Positions 8,873 through 15,895 of a stretch of 40,332 bases of DNA are shown here, piece by piece. The notes beneath the pieces are model-generated. The model made no database searches, was not told where the DNA came from, and saw nothing but the letters and a program-made list of their open reading frames with translations. Position 1 is the stretch's first letter. The number at the start of each line of letters is the position of its first letter. The translations under genes and the position numbers were made by a program. Source of the stretch: an uncultured Candidatus Saccharibacteria bacterium (GTDB taxonomy: Bacteria > Patescibacteriota > Minisyncoccia > UBA6257 > 2-01-FULL-56-20). The stretch spans positions 1 through 40,332 of the forward strand of contig CAYIIM010000002.1 in NCBI GenBank assembly GCA_964363455.1, in the 5' to 3' direction.

Positions 8873-8986
8873 TTACTTCCGCTTCTTTTTCGCCGCCAAC
8901 ATTACTTTCTTAGCCGCCAACCGTTTCTTGGTTTTGCGCGACCGTGATTTTTGCGGCTTGCCAATTCCTGTGTTTCTTTTTGCCAT
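8873..8986 (-). CDS. possible 37-aa Lys/Arg-rich peptide
   Basis: Below the ORF-track cutoff. The ATG at 8984-8986 reads MAKRNTGIGKPQKSRSRKTKKRLAAKKVMLAAKKKRK, ending in TAA. No good SD. Confidence 0.3.
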   Translation of the reverse strand: MAKRNTGIGKPQKSRSRKTKKRLAAKKVMLAAKKKRK

Positions 8987-9130
8987 ATTTTTTTATTTAC
9001 CCACTCTCCGGCGGGTCTTGGTTAATTTTTACCCCGATCTTACATGTCAGGGTTCCCTTGAGTGTAGCAGAAAACAAAAAACTTCTCAATCTAGGAGTAA
9101 AATAAATTTTGATGTTAAAATTACAAAATA

Positions 9131-9916
9131 ATGCACATCTTTCTAAAAGAACTCGTGTCTTTCTTCCTCGCCAATCTACGAGCCAGTTATTTCGGCGCAT
9201 TTCTTCTGTCTTTATTTCTCTTAACCGAATTTATCCCCGTCCCTTTTATCAGCCGTTACGACTTTATTTTTCTCGCCGCCGTCGGTTTTCAAACCTGCGC
9301 CCTCTTGTTTCGATTCGAAACTTTCAAAGAATTTTCCGTTATCATCATTTTTCACATCCTCGCCACCGGGATGGAGTTATTTAAAACTAACCCCGCCGTC
9401 GGTTCCTGGGCTTATCCGGCTGTCGGGAGCGCCATCTTTACCCTCGGGACCGTTCCCCTCTTCACTGGCTTTCTCTATTCCGCTGTCGGCAGTTACATCT
9501 CCCGCGCCTTCATTTTTTTAAAACTTTCTTACGACCACTTTCCCGCCTACTTCCATCTTTGGATCATCGCGATTTTAATTTACCTTAATTTTTTCACCCA
9601 TCATTTTTTCTTTGACCTTCGCTATCTTTTGTTGATATACACTCTGATTATTTTTTGGAAAACCAAAGTCTATTTTGAAGTGTCAGAGAAACGCCGGAAT
9701 ATGCCTTTCCTTATGACCGCAATTTTAACCGCCATCTTTATTTGGGTCGCCGAAAACATCGGCACCTTCACCCGTGTCTGGCTCTACCCAAGTCAAATCG
9801 AATATTGGCGCCTTGTCTCCCTGAACAAAATCGGCTCGTGGTTCCTACTTCTAATCTTAAGCTTTGCGTTGGTTTCGATTATCTATCGAAATAAACTACA
9901 AAGTAGGAATTCCTAA
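9131..9916 (+). CDS. DUF817 family integral membrane protein
   Basis: The segments RYDFIFLAAVGFQ...FHILATGMELFKTNPAVGSWAYP...GTVPLFTGFLYSAVGSYISRAF match my recollection of DUF817. Confidence 0.75.
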   Translation: MHIFLKELVSFFLANLRASYFGAFLLSLFLLTEFIPVPFISRYDFIFLAAVGFQTCALLFRFETFKEFSVIIIFHILATGMELFKTNPAVGSWAYPAVGSAIFTLGTVPLFTGFLYSAVGSYISRAFIFLKLSYDHFPAYFHLWIIAILIYLNFFTHHFFFDLRYLLLIYTLIIFWKTKVYFEVSEKRRNMPFLMTAILTAIFIWVAENIGTFTRVWLYPSQIEYWRLVSLNKIGSWFLLLILSFALVSIIYRNKLQSRNS

Positions 9917-9973
9917 ACAAAATAAAAAGCCGCAGGCAAATGCCATTGGCTTTTATTCGAACGGAGTAACCCT

Positions 9974-10405
9974 TTAGAACAGACTCAAAAACTCGGCATC
10001 TGGCTCTATCCCGTGGACTCTCCGATATCTTTCAGCTTCATCACAGTTGAGAGCTTTGAGTGCCGCAGCTTCTCTGAAATGCAAAGGCACATGAGGGACG
10101 TTCACCCATCTGAGACGACCGTAATTTCCATGGTGACAATACACCTCCTCAACTTCAACCCTTCGGTCAGCTAAGGTCAAAGATTGCCACTGTGGAAGTT
10201 GAGGAAAACCGAAAGGTCCCACAAGGGGAAACCCACAGTTCTTGCAAACCATATGGCAGTAAGCCACCACAGTTTCGCAATTAGAGCAACGAGAAGCGCT
10301 GCAACCCTGTGAGTCATCGGGAATTTGCACTGCAAAAATAAAACTCTTCCCAACAGAGAAAACACGGCCTTCCTGTAGGCGTATATCTAGTTCTTGCTTA
10401 TCCAT
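9974..10405 (-). CDS. hypothetical Cys-rich (zinc-ribbon-like) protein
   Basis: ORF trimmed to the ATG at 10403-10405 (MDKQELDIRL), preceded by GGAAGGAG. Contains CSNCETVVAYCHMVCKNCGFP. Confidence 0.6.
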   Translation of the reverse strand: MDKQELDIRLQEGRVFSVGKSFIFAVQIPDDSQGCSASRCSNCETVVAYCHMVCKNCGFPLVGPFGFPQLPQWQSLTLADRRVEVEEVYCHHGNYGRLRWVNVPHVPLHFREAAALKALNCDEAERYRRVHGIEPDAEFLSLF

Positions 10406-10456
10406 TCCTAGCTCCTTCCGTATGATTGAAAAATAGTTAGCCAAACAACTAACCCC

Positions 10457-10485
10457 AAAATACTCCCAACACAAAAAAGTGTCAA
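10457..10485 (-). promoter_or_regulatory. promoter B (-35 TTGACA 10480-10485, 17-nt spacer, -10 TATTTT 10457-10462)
   Basis: Paralogous to promoter A at 11411-11439. The 19-nt block GAGTATTTTGGGGTTAGTT is identical in both. Confidence 0.55.
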
Positions 10486-10649
10486 TGCGAAACCTTCTTC
10501 CTCCCCCTTACCAAACCTATAATCCCGATAACAAACATTAAAAGCCCAAGCAACTGCCCACCAGGACTGTCGTCGTACCCACCAAAAATGAACAAAAATA
10601 CTCCGAACAATGCTAAGAAAATGAAAGAAGCTATTTTAATCTTGCTCAT
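10482..10649 (-). CDS. 55-aa two-TM small membrane protein
   Basis: Below the ORF-track cutoff. Reads MSKIKIASFIFLALFGVFLFIFGGYDDSPGGQLLGLLMFVIGIIGLVRGRKKVSH. Its ATG overlaps the upstream stop as ATGA (10646-10649). Confidence 0.5.
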   Translation of the reverse strand: MSKIKIASFIFLALFGVFLFIFGGYDDSPGGQLLGLLMFVIGIIGLVRGRKKVSH

Positions 10650-11068
10650 CTGGTCAGTTTTCTAAACCTTAGCTTGCTTAAGATATAGTGAATAATGAGG
10701 GCAAGTATCGTCCAGTAGAAAATAAAGTAGATAGCAATAAATGGCGGTGGCGGATCATCTTTTAAAAAATTAACTTGAGGTATCGCCAAAGGTCCGATCA
10801 AAACAACTTTGATGGGAAATATTATCGTGGATACGGTATTCTTCAAAGCAATTCCCGATTCTGATCCCGTTCTGAGCAAGGAATCAGGAGGTTGAGGGAA
10901 ACCTCCGAGACCGGTTGATCCCAAAAGTGAAGTGGTAATAAAAAGAAAAACAAACCCGCAAACGATGAAAAAAATAACAAATTTTTTCCTTGAAATATTC
11001 ATGTCCTCTGAATTATACGATCTTTTTCTATTTTTAAAAGCTCTTTTGTTTGAAAAAAGCCGCCTCAC
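10646..11068 (-). CDS. hypothetical membrane protein
   Basis: 140-aa ORF. The GTG start overlaps the upstream stop as GTGA. An alternative ATG at 11002 reads MNISRKKFVIFFIV. Hydrophobic N-terminal and C-terminal helices. Confidence 0.55.
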   Translation of the reverse strand: MRRLFSNKRAFKNRKRSYNSEDMNISRKKFVIFFIVCGFVFLFITTSLLGSTGLGGFPQPPDSLLRTGSESGIALKNTVSTIIFPIKVVLIGPLAIPQVNFLKDDPPPPFIAIYFIFYWTILALIIHYILSKLRFRKLTR

Positions 11069-11370
11069 CTTGATGGTTTAGCGGCCTTCAACTTGTAAAC
11101 TCGCATTGGCTTAGAATCGTCTCTGGGCCAGACAACGCCGTAACCGCGATCTTTCCACCATGCCTCTGCGAGGGATGTTATGTACCTCCTCCATTGGGCA
11201 ATACACTCGTGTACTTTTTCACGTTCCGTTGGGTGCATTACCTCGTACACGTCTTTCGAATCAACCCGATTTTCCCGAAGCCAAGCCATCCGCAATCTTC
11301 TGACGTAAGCTTCGTATTCAACGTTCAAAGCATTAACCTCAATCTGTATGGACGCATTCTTTCGCATTCT
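11065..11370 (-). CDS. hypothetical Arg/Trp-rich soluble protein
   Basis: ORF trimmed to the ATG at 11368-11370 (MRMRKNASIQ), preceded by GAGGGGAG. Confidence 0.55.
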   Translation of the reverse strand, partial: RMRKNASIQIEVNALNVEYEAYVRRLRMAWLRENRVDSKDVYEVMHPTEREKVHECIAQWRRYITSLAEAWWKDRGYGVVWPRDDSKPMRVYKLKAAKPSR

Positions 11371-11410
11371 CATCTCCCCTCTTGGAAAAATAACTAAGTT
11401 AACTAACCCC

Positions 11411-11439
11411 AAAATACTCTTGATGCCAATGAGTGTCAA
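11411..11439 (-). promoter_or_regulatory. promoter A (-35 TTGACA 11434-11439, 17-nt spacer, -10 TATTTT 11411-11416)
   Basis: Same module as promoter B: ATTGACACT...GAGTATTTTGGGGTTAGTT. Confidence 0.55.
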
Positions 11440-11519
11440 TAACTCTGCTCCTCTAGGCTTCTGACCTTCGAACCTTTTTCATTGCAAACAGGGCTTTTGT
11501 GCTTGTATAAACCCACTAG

Positions 11520-11948
11520 TTATTTAGCCGCTGGAAACTCAACCGTCCACTCAATACCATATTTGTCTCTTAACATACCGAAATACGTACCCCACATACT
11601 TTCACGCATCGGAACTTCTATTTGTCCTCCCACTGAGAGACCATTAAATATCGCGCCTGCTTCTTCCTTAGTCTCAGTACTCACCGAAATCTTACTTCGA
11701 TTTTCATTTTCATTCACCTTACCCATAAATGCCGGCACATCATTAGCCATCAACACGTTACTCTTACCGATCGGTAAAGTAATAAGCATAATTTTCTCTG
11801 CATCCGCGTCCGACACTGGAAACTCTGAACTTGCGAGATCTTTTAAGCGAATAACCTTTGTAAACTCACCCCCAAATACAGATTTATAAAAAGTAAACGC
11901 TTCGAGAGCATTACCGTTAAAGTTGATCCAAGGATTTATTGTGGCCAT
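11520..11948 (-). CDS. VOC (glyoxalase/PhnB-like) family protein
   Basis: The N-terminus MATINPWINFNGNALEAFTFYKSVFGG and the C-terminal MWGTYFGMLRDKYGIEWTV are typical of PhnB-like proteins. Confidence 0.8.
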   Translation of the reverse strand: MATINPWINFNGNALEAFTFYKSVFGGEFTKVIRLKDLASSEFPVSDADAEKIMLITLPIGKSNVLMANDVPAFMGKVNENENRSKISVSTETKEEAGAIFNGLSVGGQIEVPMRESMWGTYFGMLRDKYGIEWTVEFPAAK

Positions 11949-11978
11949 ATGATAATTATATCAGAAAGGTCGAACTGA

Positions 11979-12130
11979 TTTGCTCCCCGGGTAGGCAATC
12001 GAACAAAATTTCACTTCGCGAAATTTTCTAAAACCCAGCGGTTTTAGTATTTCCGCCACGGGGAAACTCCCGTTTTCCCGACCCCTGCCTACCGGCAGGC
12101 AGGCCTTTCCCCGTTCGAATCCTACCCGAG
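11979..12130. repeat. tRNA-Asn 3-prime-end fragments (one direct, one inverted) bounding a hairpin-rich core of about 105 nt
   Basis: Positions 11979-11995 are identical over 17 nt to 12517-12533, and the similarity continues to 12004. Positions 12113-12128 are the exact 16-nt reverse complement of 12526-12541. Confidence 0.7.
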
Positions 12131-12265
12131 AAACAAAAATGCCCGATTGCGTATCGAGTATTTTTGCTCTAGCTCCGAGGTTTATCGGCTATTCGAACTT
12201 GTATTATAGAACAAATGCTAGTAGAAAAGCACCGATTGATGGAACTCTCTAACAGCTCCTGAGGT

Positions 12266-12451
12266 TTAGGCGGCTTCGAACCTTGCCTTATTTTCGGCCA
12301 TCCATTTCACCTGTCCCTCTTTGCCGTGCTTAGGATCATTCACGACATCAGCATGAACCTGCATGTAATGAGGCATCAGTGCCTTCATCCACTCGTCGAA
12401 AGTCTCACCTTGCGCTGTCACATCACATAAATCGCATTTAAGTGTTTTCAT
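12266..12451 (-). CDS. small hypothetical protein (DUF1059-like impression)
   Basis: 61-aa ORF reading MKTLKCDLCDVTAQGETFDEWMKALMPHYMQVHADVV. Confidence 0.5.
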   Translation of the reverse strand: MKTLKCDLCDVTAQGETFDEWMKALMPHYMQVHADVVNDPKHGKEGQVKWMAENKARFEAA

Positions 12452-12463
12452 AATTGAAGTTTA

Positions 12464-12499
12464 ACAAAACACATTTCCCATAACAAGATGTGTGTTTTG
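12464..12499 (-). terminator. AT-rich hairpin downstream of the tRNA
   Basis: CAAAACACA / TGTGTTTTG stem of about 9 bp, then TTGTTAAAC on the minus strand. Weak U tract. Confidence 0.35.
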
Positions 12500-12520
12500 A
12501 ACCGACCTACGCTTATTTTG

Positions 12521-12815
12521 CTCCCCGGGTAGGATTCGAACCTACGACCTTATCCTTACGCTTATCCTCGTGTTACCACGGGCGCGGACTATATCATCAC
12601 CCTTATTGCAGGGGCAAGGCGCTTCGCCAATCATTGATATGACCAGCTACTCTCTTTCGAGATAGTCTCTACACCTTCCTCGCTTTCGCGAGGCTTGGCT
12701 CGGGATTCCCCTTTTTGAAAAGGGCTCCCCCGAATTCACCTTGTTTTTCAACCAAAATTACTTTTGCAGGCTGCCTATTTGACAGGGATCCGCTCTACCA
12801 CTGAGCTACCGGGGA
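12521..12815 (-). tRNA. tRNA-Asn(GUU) interrupted by a group I intron; CCA not encoded
   Basis: Exon 1 at 12815-12782 is TCCCCGGTAGCTCAGTGGTAGAGCGGATCCCTGT. Exon 2 at 12558-12521 is TAAGGATAAGGTCGTAGGTTCGAATCCTACCCGGGGAG. Joined, they form a 72-nt cloverleaf with anticodon loop CTGTTAA, a U1-A72 pair and G73. Confidence 0.8.
12559..12781 (-). ncRNA. group I intron (IC3-like, ORF-less, 223 nt) in the anticodon loop
   Basis: Core strings GGTGAATTCGG, CCCGAGCCAAGCC and GGAAGGTGTAGAGACTA resemble the Azoarcus and Anabaena tRNA introns. P1 forms as CTGT|C with GGCAG, giving U.G at the splice site. The terminal G is at 12559. Confidence 0.75.
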
Positions 12816-12850
12816 ATGCATTGACTAGTGTACCAAAACAGAATCCTTTT

Positions 12851-13660
12851 TCAAGCTTTGATATAGGGTTTGAGACTACTCAATAAATCCTGATGTAAAG
12901 CTCCATTCGTGATTACCATCCCCTTTTCTCTTTTAACATTTTCCTGATTATACAACAGTGGATCACCATACAAATCCGTCATCTCCCCACCCGCTTCGCG
13001 GATGATAATATCCGGCGCGCAAGTATCCCATTCTGAAGCTAAAGATCCGAAACTGAAATAAGTATCGAATTTACCAATCGCAATCAAGCCAACTTTGTAA
13101 GCAAAGCTCCCAACCGGCACAGAATCTTTTACTCCTAGCTCCTCTAAAATCTCAACTGTCCTAGTTGAAGTCAGTCCTGACCGGCTCACTAAAAAAGTTG
13201 CCTTTGAAAAGTCAATCGTACCAGAAACGTGAGCAGGTTTTATCTCTCCATCTCTTTCTTGAAAAAAAGCTCCGCCCCCTTTCTCGGCAAAAAATAATTG
13301 TTTAGAAAAAGGATTATAAACGACTCCCAATATTGACTCGGACTTCCTAGCCAATCCGACCACCACGGTAAATTCTCCCGACTTTGAAATAAAATCCTTC
13401 GTCCCATCCATCGGATCCACGATCCAAAGATATTCCGACTTCAGACGATCCATATTATCCACCGTCTCTTCCGAAAGAATCGGATAAGAAAAACTTTTGT
13501 TCAGCTCTTCTTTTATATACTTCTCCGCCGCAAAGTCCGCTTCCGTTACCGGGGTGTTGTTATCTTTTTCTTGCGTTGAATAATCCCGATCATAGAAATC
13601 AAGCAGAATTGCGCCAGCACCTTTGGCTATCTCAACTACTTTTTCCAAATCTTTACTCAT
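12851..13660 (-). CDS. inositol monophosphatase / CysQ-type 3'(2'),5'-bisphosphate nucleotidase family protein
   Basis: Motifs LSEE, WIVDPMDGTKDF and WDTCAPDIIIREAGG. ORF trimmed to the ATG at 13658-13660 (MSKDLEKVVEIAK). Confidence 0.85.
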   Translation of the reverse strand: MSKDLEKVVEIAKGAGAILLDFYDRDYSTQEKDNNTPVTEADFAAEKYIKEELNKSFSYPILSEETVDNMDRLKSEYLWIVDPMDGTKDFISKSGEFTVVVGLARKSESILGVVYNPFSKQLFFAEKGGGAFFQERDGEIKPAHVSGTIDFSKATFLVSRSGLTSTRTVEILEELGVKDSVPVGSFAYKVGLIAIGKFDTYFSFGSLASEWDTCAPDIIIREAGGEMTDLYGDPLLYNQENVKREKGMVITNGALHQDLLSSLKPYIKA

Positions 13661-13724
13661 ATCCTTCAAATATACACTAGCTAGCGAAACCAACCAAAAC
13701 CAAGATATAATAAAGGAAACTAAC

Positions 13725-14021
13725 ATGACCTTCCGTCTCAAAGCCGGCAACGAAAACCTCCAAAATGCGATGCGCAAAATCGGCTACCAGCCGATCGGGA
13801 TGAGCGACCGCGGCGAAATGAACTGCGTCCGCCCCGTGATGGGCGCTGACTATCCCCGCTTCCACGTTTACTCCAAAGAAGAAAACGGGGAAATTGTAAT
13901 CAACCTCCATCTCGACCAGCGCCGCCCCTCTTACGGCGGCGGTTCTCACGCCCACTCTGGCGACTACGACTCCGATGTTGTTCGAAACGAAGCCACAAGG
14001 ATCAGGTCGGTTTTGCGATAA
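13725..14021 (+). CDS. hypothetical protein
   Basis: ORF 13623..14021 trimmed to the ATG at 13725 (MTFRLKAGNENL), preceded by AAGGAAA. 98 aa. Confidence 0.55.
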   Translation: MTFRLKAGNENLQNAMRKIGYQPIGMSDRGEMNCVRPVMGADYPRFHVYSKEENGEIVINLHLDQRRPSYGGGSHAHSGDYDSDVVRNEATRIRSVLR

Positions 14022-14025
14022 ATTA

Positions 14026-14054
14026 TTGACAGAAATCTTAGTATCCAGTATAAA
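14026..14054 (+). promoter_or_regulatory. sigma70-like promoter
   Basis: TTGACA at 14026-14031, a 17-nt spacer, then TATAAA at 14049-14054. Lies upstream of the GTG-initiated ORF at 14088. Confidence 0.55.
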
Positions 14055-14087
14055 CTGAAATAGTAGGCCAAGAGAGGAGGTGACAAC

Positions 14088-14453
14088 GTGGCCAAAAAAA
14101 GAGTTTTCTTCTTAGGCAAAAACAGTGTCGGAAAAACAAATGTTTTCTGGACCGATCCAGGAGAAAGGTGGAAACCGAAAGTTGGAGACAAAATTCCAGG
14201 GAAAATAGGTGAAGGGTGGGTAGCCTCAGTATTCAACTCCGCAACCTGCGACTTCATCTCTATATTGGATGCTTTTATTGATATCTGCACCAGCAGAAGC
14301 GGCGGAGACATCTTCCAACATGTCGAAGCGTTGTTTCGAGCCGGTATAGAAGCGGCTAAGTTTGAAATTCCTGGCCGCACGAAATCTATTCGCCGCGTCA
14401 AAGAGAAAGTTCATCCCGGCCGATCCCCATCAAGTACCGGTCGAGATCACTAA
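14088..14453 (+). CDS. hypothetical protein
   Basis: 121-aa ORF with a GTG start preceded by GGAGG. It has its own promoter and a strong terminator. Confidence 0.6.
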   Translation: MAKKRVFFLGKNSVGKTNVFWTDPGERWKPKVGDKIPGKIGEGWVASVFNSATCDFISILDAFIDICTSRSGGDIFQHVEALFRAGIEAAKFEIPGRTKSIRRVKEKVHPGRSPSSTGRDH

Positions 14454-14479
14454 TCAAGTCCGATCACCAAAGTTCCCAG

Positions 14480-14515
14480 CCCCGTTCTCTTTCGAGAGAA
14501 CGGGGTGTTGTTTTA
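14480..14515 (+). terminator. rho-independent terminator
   Basis: CCCCGTTCTC - loop - GAGAACGGGG (10 bp), followed by TGTTGTTTT. Confidence 0.8.
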
Positions 14516-14525
14516 AAAATCTACT

Positions 14526-14562
14526 AAAATAAGTACGGCCGCCGAGTTTCCACTCGACGGCC
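14526..14562 (-). terminator. rho-independent terminator for the 14568 gene
   Basis: GGCCGCCGAGT / ACTCGACGGCC stem, followed on the minus strand by TACTTATTTT. Confidence 0.6.
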
Positions 14563-14567
14563 TTGTT

Positions 14568-14942
14568 TCAAAAAACGTTTTCTCTTTGTTCGCGAAGAAG
14601 TTGAGCACCCGTCCTCAGCCCAGAGACCTTATGAGATTTCCTCGGCTTCTTGGGCTCGAAAAAAGCCAACCGCTTCGCCGGCGAACTGCCTTGTTGGGAA
14701 TAAACTCGGTAGGTCGGTTTTGGTGGTGACGCTTGATTCGCCGAACCCATCAGTTTCTGAACCATCTCCCACGTCACTCGAAAAACTCTCCGATCCTTCT
14801 TCTTCACATCCTTAACCCACTCCGGATCCTTCCCTGGAAACTCGTCGTTCAATACCGTTGTCGCCGCCTCATTCATTGGCTCAATCAGCCACTGCGTCGG
14901 CTTCTTCTCGCCCTTGTCCTTCTTCTCTTTCCTATTCTCCAT
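14568..14942 (-). CDS. hypothetical Lys/Arg-rich protein
   Basis: 124-aa ORF. No family recognised. Confidence 0.5.
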   Translation of the reverse strand: MENRKEKKDKGEKKPTQWLIEPMNEAATTVLNDEFPGKDPEWVKDVKKKDRRVFRVTWEMVQKLMGSANQASPPKPTYRVYSQQGSSPAKRLAFFEPKKPRKSHKVSGLRTGAQLLREQRENVF

Positions 14943-15030
14943 AACCTCTCCTTTCGCTAAGCTGCTTTCAAAATACTAAATCCCCATCTCCGACTTCGCA
15001 AGTCCCCGGTTTCGTGGGAAAATTAGTCTC

Positions 15031-15801
15031 ATGAACTTCCTCCACAGCATCGCCCTCGGCGCCGTCGAAGGTATTACCGAATTTCTCCCCATCTCCTCCA
15101 CCGGCCACCTCATCCTCACCTCCCATATCTTAAAAATCCCGCAAACCGAATTTCTAAAAACTTTCCAAATCGCCATCCAACTCGGCGCCATCTTTTCAAT
15201 AATCGCCCTTTATTTCAAAACCCTCACTAAAAATCTCGAACTTATAAAAAAAATCCTCGTCGCCTTCCTCCCTACTGCCGTCATCGGCCTCACCTTTTAT
15301 AAAATCATAAAAAATTATTTATTTGAAAACGATTTTGTCATCATCATCTCCCTCTTTTTCGGCGGCGTCTTTTTGATTCTTTTCGAACGCTCTCACAAAG
15401 AAAAACCCGATGCCGTCGACAATCTTGAAAATATCTCCTACCAGCAATCCTTCAAAATCGGCCTTTTCCAATCCGTCGCTGTTATCCCCGGCGTCTCTCG
15501 CGCCGCCGCCACCATCCTCGGCGGACTTTCGCAAAACATCAAACGAAAAGTCATCGTGGAATTCTCTTTTCTTCTCGCTATTCCCACGATGCTCGCCGCC
15601 ACCGGTTTAGAACTTTTCAAAAACGCCCCCACTTTCACTCCCAATGAGTTTCAAATCCTAGTCGTCGGATTTATCACCGCTTTCTTCGTCGCGATTATCA
15701 CCATCAAGTTCTTATTGAAATTCATCCAAGAGCACAACTTTACCCCTTTCGGCATCTACCGCATCTTCGCCTCCCTAATTTTCTTAATGCTTCTTTTTTA
15801 A
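15031..15801 (+). CDS. uppP: undecaprenyl-diphosphate phosphatase
   Basis: GAVEGITEFLPISSTGHL N-terminal motif, PGVSRAAATI motif, polytopic, 256 aa. Confidence 0.93.
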   Translation: MNFLHSIALGAVEGITEFLPISSTGHLILTSHILKIPQTEFLKTFQIAIQLGAIFSIIALYFKTLTKNLELIKKILVAFLPTAVIGLTFYKIIKNYLFENDFVIIISLFFGGVFLILFERSHKEKPDAVDNLENISYQQSFKIGLFQSVAVIPGVSRAAATILGGLSQNIKRKVIVEFSFLLAIPTMLAATGLELFKNAPTFTPNEFQILVVGFITAFFVAIITIKFLLKFIQEHNFTPFGIYRIFASLIFLMLLF

Positions 15802-15895
15802 ATTTCCCCTCCCCATCCCCCAGCGAGGGATTTAGTTCTCTAGAATTAAACCCCGAGTACACTTATGGCTACTTTTCTAATATAATTAACAAGAA

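Noticed and set aside
8928-9200. Track ORFs 8928..9131 (+) and 8997..9200 (-) in the divergent region before DUF817.
   Set aside because: There is no start context or recognisable sequence, and they overlap promoter DNA and each other. The small basic minus-strand ORF is only slightly better supported.
9951-9964. ATTCGAACGG downstream of DUF817, considered as a possible distal att copy. It would make 9.96-11.98 kb an island integrated at tRNA-Asn.
   Set aside because: Only about 8-11 of 17 positions match the tRNA 3-prime end, and no integrase is present. The match cannot be distinguished from chance without comparative genomes.
11979-12135. A possible tmRNA or a second (intron-containing) tRNA gene, because of GGATTCGAACGGGG-like and acceptor-like strings.
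   Set aside because: At about 150 nt it is far too short for tmRNA. There is no D arm or anticodon arm. The T-loop-like copies lack a pairing T stem (CCCCG-TTCGAAT-CCTAC does not pair). It is better explained as duplicated fragments of the neighbouring tRNA.
12776-12790. A contiguous GTC anticodon in the unspliced DNA (loop CTGTCAA) suggested tRNA-Asp.
   Set aside because: The sequence after this loop does not complete an anticodon stem. The matching 3-prime half lies 223 nt away. The P1 U.G pair and the terminal G place the splice between T35 and T36, giving GUU (Asn). U1-A72 with G73 also fits Asn rather than Asp.
13964-14401. 145-aa minus-strand ORF.
   Set aside because: It lies antisense to the plus-strand ORF 14088..14453, which has its own TTGACA/TATAAA promoter, a GGAGG-GTG start and a strong terminator. 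The minus-strand product is low-complexity and has no start context.
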